Under the pieces are notes generated by a model. The model searched no databases, was not told the origin of the DNA, and worked only from the letters and a program-made list of their open reading frames with translations. A stretch of DNA of 37,091 nt, taken from a virus. Taxonomy: Duplodnaviria > Caudoviricetes. The stretch spans positions 1-37,091 of IMG/VR virus record IMGVR_UViG_3300017548_000207. One strand, written 5' to 3'. Shown piece by piece: positions 34,841-37,091 of the stretch (its first letter is position 1; each line of letters begins with the position of its first letter). Made by a program: the position numbers and the translations under genes.

Positions 34841-36600
34841 TGCAGGTGGATATCTTCGTTCACGGCGCCACCCCTTGCGGCATCATGGCCGCGCTTGCCG
34901 CCGCCCGGGCCGGCCGCACCGTGGTCCTGCAAGCCCCGGAGAATGGCATCGGCGGCATGCTGACCGGTGGCCTCGGCATCGGCGACGCCCCGGTCAACAA
35001 CCACGCAAACTGGGCGGGCGTTACTGCCGAGTTCATCAATGCGGTTGCGGCGATCAGCGGCTACAATGCCAGCAATTTCCTGCGCTGGCATGGCGCGCCT
35101 TCGGCCTTCCTGTCGGTGCTGACCGACATGATCGCCGCCGAGCCGAACATCACGCTGCGCCTGCGCGAAACCATCGTGCGGGTCGAGCGCACCGAGGAGC
35201 GGCAGGAGAACGGCCAATGGGCCTCGACCGTGGCCAACCGCGGCGACCGCATCCGGGCCGTCTATACCGATCCTTGCACCTGGCTGTCGGGGGCGCCGGG
35301 TGCTGGAGACGTCTACGAGGCGAAAGCCTATATCGACGCCAGCTATAACGGCGGGTTGATGGCGGCAGCGGGGGTGCCGTTCCGGGCCGGGCGCGAGGAT
35401 GCCGACGAATTCCGCGAACAACCCTATGCCGGGGTTCTGGCCGATGGCGGTCATACCACGACGCAATCGTGGGACGGTGTCGATGCCGATGGCGACCTGG
35501 TCAAATATGCCGGCTGGCGGCCTCTGGAGGCGTTCGGCCAGTCCGACCGGCGCTTCATGGCGGTCGGATACCGCAACTGCATCACCAACGTCTCCGGTGG
35601 TGGCAATCTCGGCTTCTACGCGCCGCCAGGCTACGATGCGGCGGATTTCGCCGACGATATCGCCATGGCGCAGGCCAACACGGCCATCAGCATCCTGACG
35701 CGGGAGCATGCCTATAACCCGATCCACCGCACCAGCTACAACGACGCGCAGGCTGCGGTGCTGATCGAGGGCTATGACGGAATGACTGTCGAGCAGCGGC
35801 AGAACGCCTGGCTGCGCTATGCCTCGACCCTGAACGAGCTGAACGCCTTTGCCGACAAGTTCGTCACCAACGGCAGCGATATCCGTTCTCCGCTGGCTGC
35901 GGAGTTCAGCCTCACCACTTCGGACCGCCGCCGCCATGAAATCCGCCGGCAACTGGCTTATCGTGAGCTGGGCCGGCTGCACACCTTTCAGAACCACCCG
36001 GACGTGCCGGCGGTGGTGCGCAATCGCTTCGCGGGCTTCGGTCTCTGCGCGGACGAATGGCAGTCGGATTACATCCTGACCCAGGGCTGGCCCTCGGAGC
36101 TTTACGAGCGCGAGGGGCGCCGACTGATCGGCCAGACCACCATCAGCTTCAAGGACCCGGCCTATCAGACCACCTATCCCGACAGCATTGCCTACGGGAT
36201 GTATTTCATGGACAGCAAGGCCAAGTCGATCTGGGCGCGGCCCTATGGCGGCGTCGAATACGAGGGGCATTTCGCCGTAGAGCCATTCATCGACGCGGAT
36301 GGCGACACCGTGCGGGCAGACCTCTACCGCTATGTCAGCGTGCCGCTGCGCGCCGTGGTGCCGCCGGTCGGCACCTGCGACAACCTCGCGACCTGCTGGG
36401 GAGTCAGCGCGACGGAAGTGGCCTTCGCCGCGATCCGGCTGGAGCCGTTTCTCTGCGCCGTGGGTGAGGCCGTGGGACAGGTCGCCGTGGAATCGGTGGT
36501 TTCCGGCGTGCCCATGGCGCGGCTGTCCTATGCCCCGGTCAAGGCGCGACTACAGGGCGCCGGGCTCAAACTGTCCCGCTTCGAAGGAGTATCGCCGTGA
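34840..36600 (+). CDS. FAD-dependent oxidoreductase-like protein (FAD_oxidored/HdrA-like family)
   Basis: Rossmann VHGATPCGIMAALAAARAG, IGGMLTGGLG, YIDASY, AAAGVP...GRE, LY.REGRRL.G, IRLEP..A.GEA.G. Confidence 0.88.
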   Translation: MQVDIFVHGATPCGIMAALAAARAGRTVVLQAPENGIGGMLTGGLGIGDAPVNNHANWAGVTAEFINAVAAISGYNASNFLRWHGAPSAFLSVLTDMIAAEPNITLRLRETIVRVERTEERQENGQWASTVANRGDRIRAVYTDPCTWLSGAPGAGDVYEAKAYIDASYNGGLMAAAGVPFRAGREDADEFREQPYAGVLADGGHTTTQSWDGVDADGDLVKYAGWRPLEAFGQSDRRFMAVGYRNCITNVSGGGNLGFYAPPGYDAADFADDIAMAQANTAISILTREHAYNPIHRTSYNDAQAAVLIEGYDGMTVEQRQNAWLRYASTLNELNAFADKFVTNGSDIRSPLAAEFSLTTSDRRRHEIRRQLAYRELGRLHTFQNHPDVPAVVRNRFAGFGLCADEWQSDYILTQGWPSELYEREGRRLIGQTTISFKDPAYQTTYPDSIAYGMYFMDSKAKSIWARPYGGVEYEGHFAVEPFIDADGDTVRADLYRYVSVPLRAVVPPVGTCDNLATCWGVSATEVAFAAIRLEPFLCAVGEAVGQVAVESVVSGVPMARLSYAPVKARLQGAGLKLSRFEGVSP

Positions 36601-37091
36601 GTTTCATCAGCTATCCGCCCGGCGGCGCGGGCATGTCGTCGGCGCCCCGGTCCGCCCCGAAACGCCGGCTGACCACATCCGGCCGGCTGCGGCTGAGCCG
36701 GGACGGCGGGCATCTCATCTCGGTCGATGCCATCGGCGGCGCCCTCATCGACCTCGCCAGCAGCGACCCGGCCAACCTGGTCGTGCCGATCTGGGCGCAG
36801 GGCAAGTATGTCCTCAACGAGATCGTGTTTTTCGATCACCGCGGCGGCAATCCGGGCAGCGTGACCATCGACGTCCGCACTCTGGACGCCGCGAGGGGCG
36901 GCGGCCGTCTTTTGTCGGCGGCCGTGCCGCTATCGGCCTTGTCCAACCGGAAAGCCGCCGTCCGGCGCTATTTCACCCAAACCGCCAGCACCGTTTATTC
37001 TGCCCCGCACCTTTACCTGACCATCAACGGCACGGGGACCGGAACGGTGATGATGCGGGTGATCGGCAGCGTCGTCTCGGCCGAGGACCCC
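36597..37091 (+). CDS. Beta-rich hypothetical protein, open at the window end
   Basis: AAGGAG RBS; GTG overlapping the upstream TGA; 165 codons with no stop (MSFISYPPGG...VVSAEDP). Confidence 0.7.
   Translation, partial: MSFISYPPGGAGMSSAPRSAPKRRLTTSGRLRLSRDGGHLISVDAIGGALIDLASSDPANLVVPIWAQGKYVLNEIVFFDHRGGNPGSVTIDVRTLDAARGGGRLLSAAVPLSALSNRKAAVRRYFTQTASTVYSAPHLYLTINGTGTGTVMMRVIGSVVSAEDP

Larger units (their letters stand above)
1..37091. mobile_element. Temperate siphovirus prophage (lambdoid organisation); probably extends beyond both window edges
   Basis: Ordered integrase - early left genes - cI/cro - replication - terminase/portal/capsid - tail tube/tape measure/fibre modules, with many ATGA/GTGA overlaps. 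Confidence 0.97.

Noticed and set aside
33080-36600. Adjacent fibre and oxidoreductase genes are both 586 aa
   Set aside because: No sequence similarity between them; coincidence

Overview
The window is most of a temperate, lambdoid-organised siphovirus prophage. The host is probably an Alphaproteobacterium, likely Rhodobacteraceae, inferred from the high GC and the RcGTA-like tail genes. Gene order, left to right: (1) tyrosine integrase, excisionase-like gene and small early genes on the minus strand (1-3900). (2) A pL promoter with operators. (3) An accessory island at the lambda rexAB-equivalent position, holding a membrane protein, a 62-aa self-contained moron and an AT-richer OLD-like ABC-ATPase/TOPRIM nuclease. 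(4) The cI(S24)/cro switch, with operators matching those at pL. (5) A recombination/replication module: RuvC-like resolvase, Sak4-like ATPase, SSB-like protein, Cas4-like nuclease, primase-helicase, and a CCACAC repeat array that looks like an origin. (6) An orphan adenine methyltransferase. (7) A late promoter/terminator region. (8) Head genes and then tail genes, the latter including an inverted VasI-like moron and a GNAT gene. (9) A terminal coupled cassette of tail fibre, FAD-dependent oxidoreductase-like protein and an ORF open at the window edge. No att site, lysis genes, tRNA or CRISPR array were seen inside the window. Best candidates for new biology: the tail-coupled FAD-oxidoreductase with altered family-conserved residues, the ATPase-TOPRIM defence island, a switch-like pseudoknot leader over the Sak4 RBS, the VasI-like moron, and a tandem paralogue pair after the capsid gene. 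Family names come from motif recognition and synteny, not from database searches.
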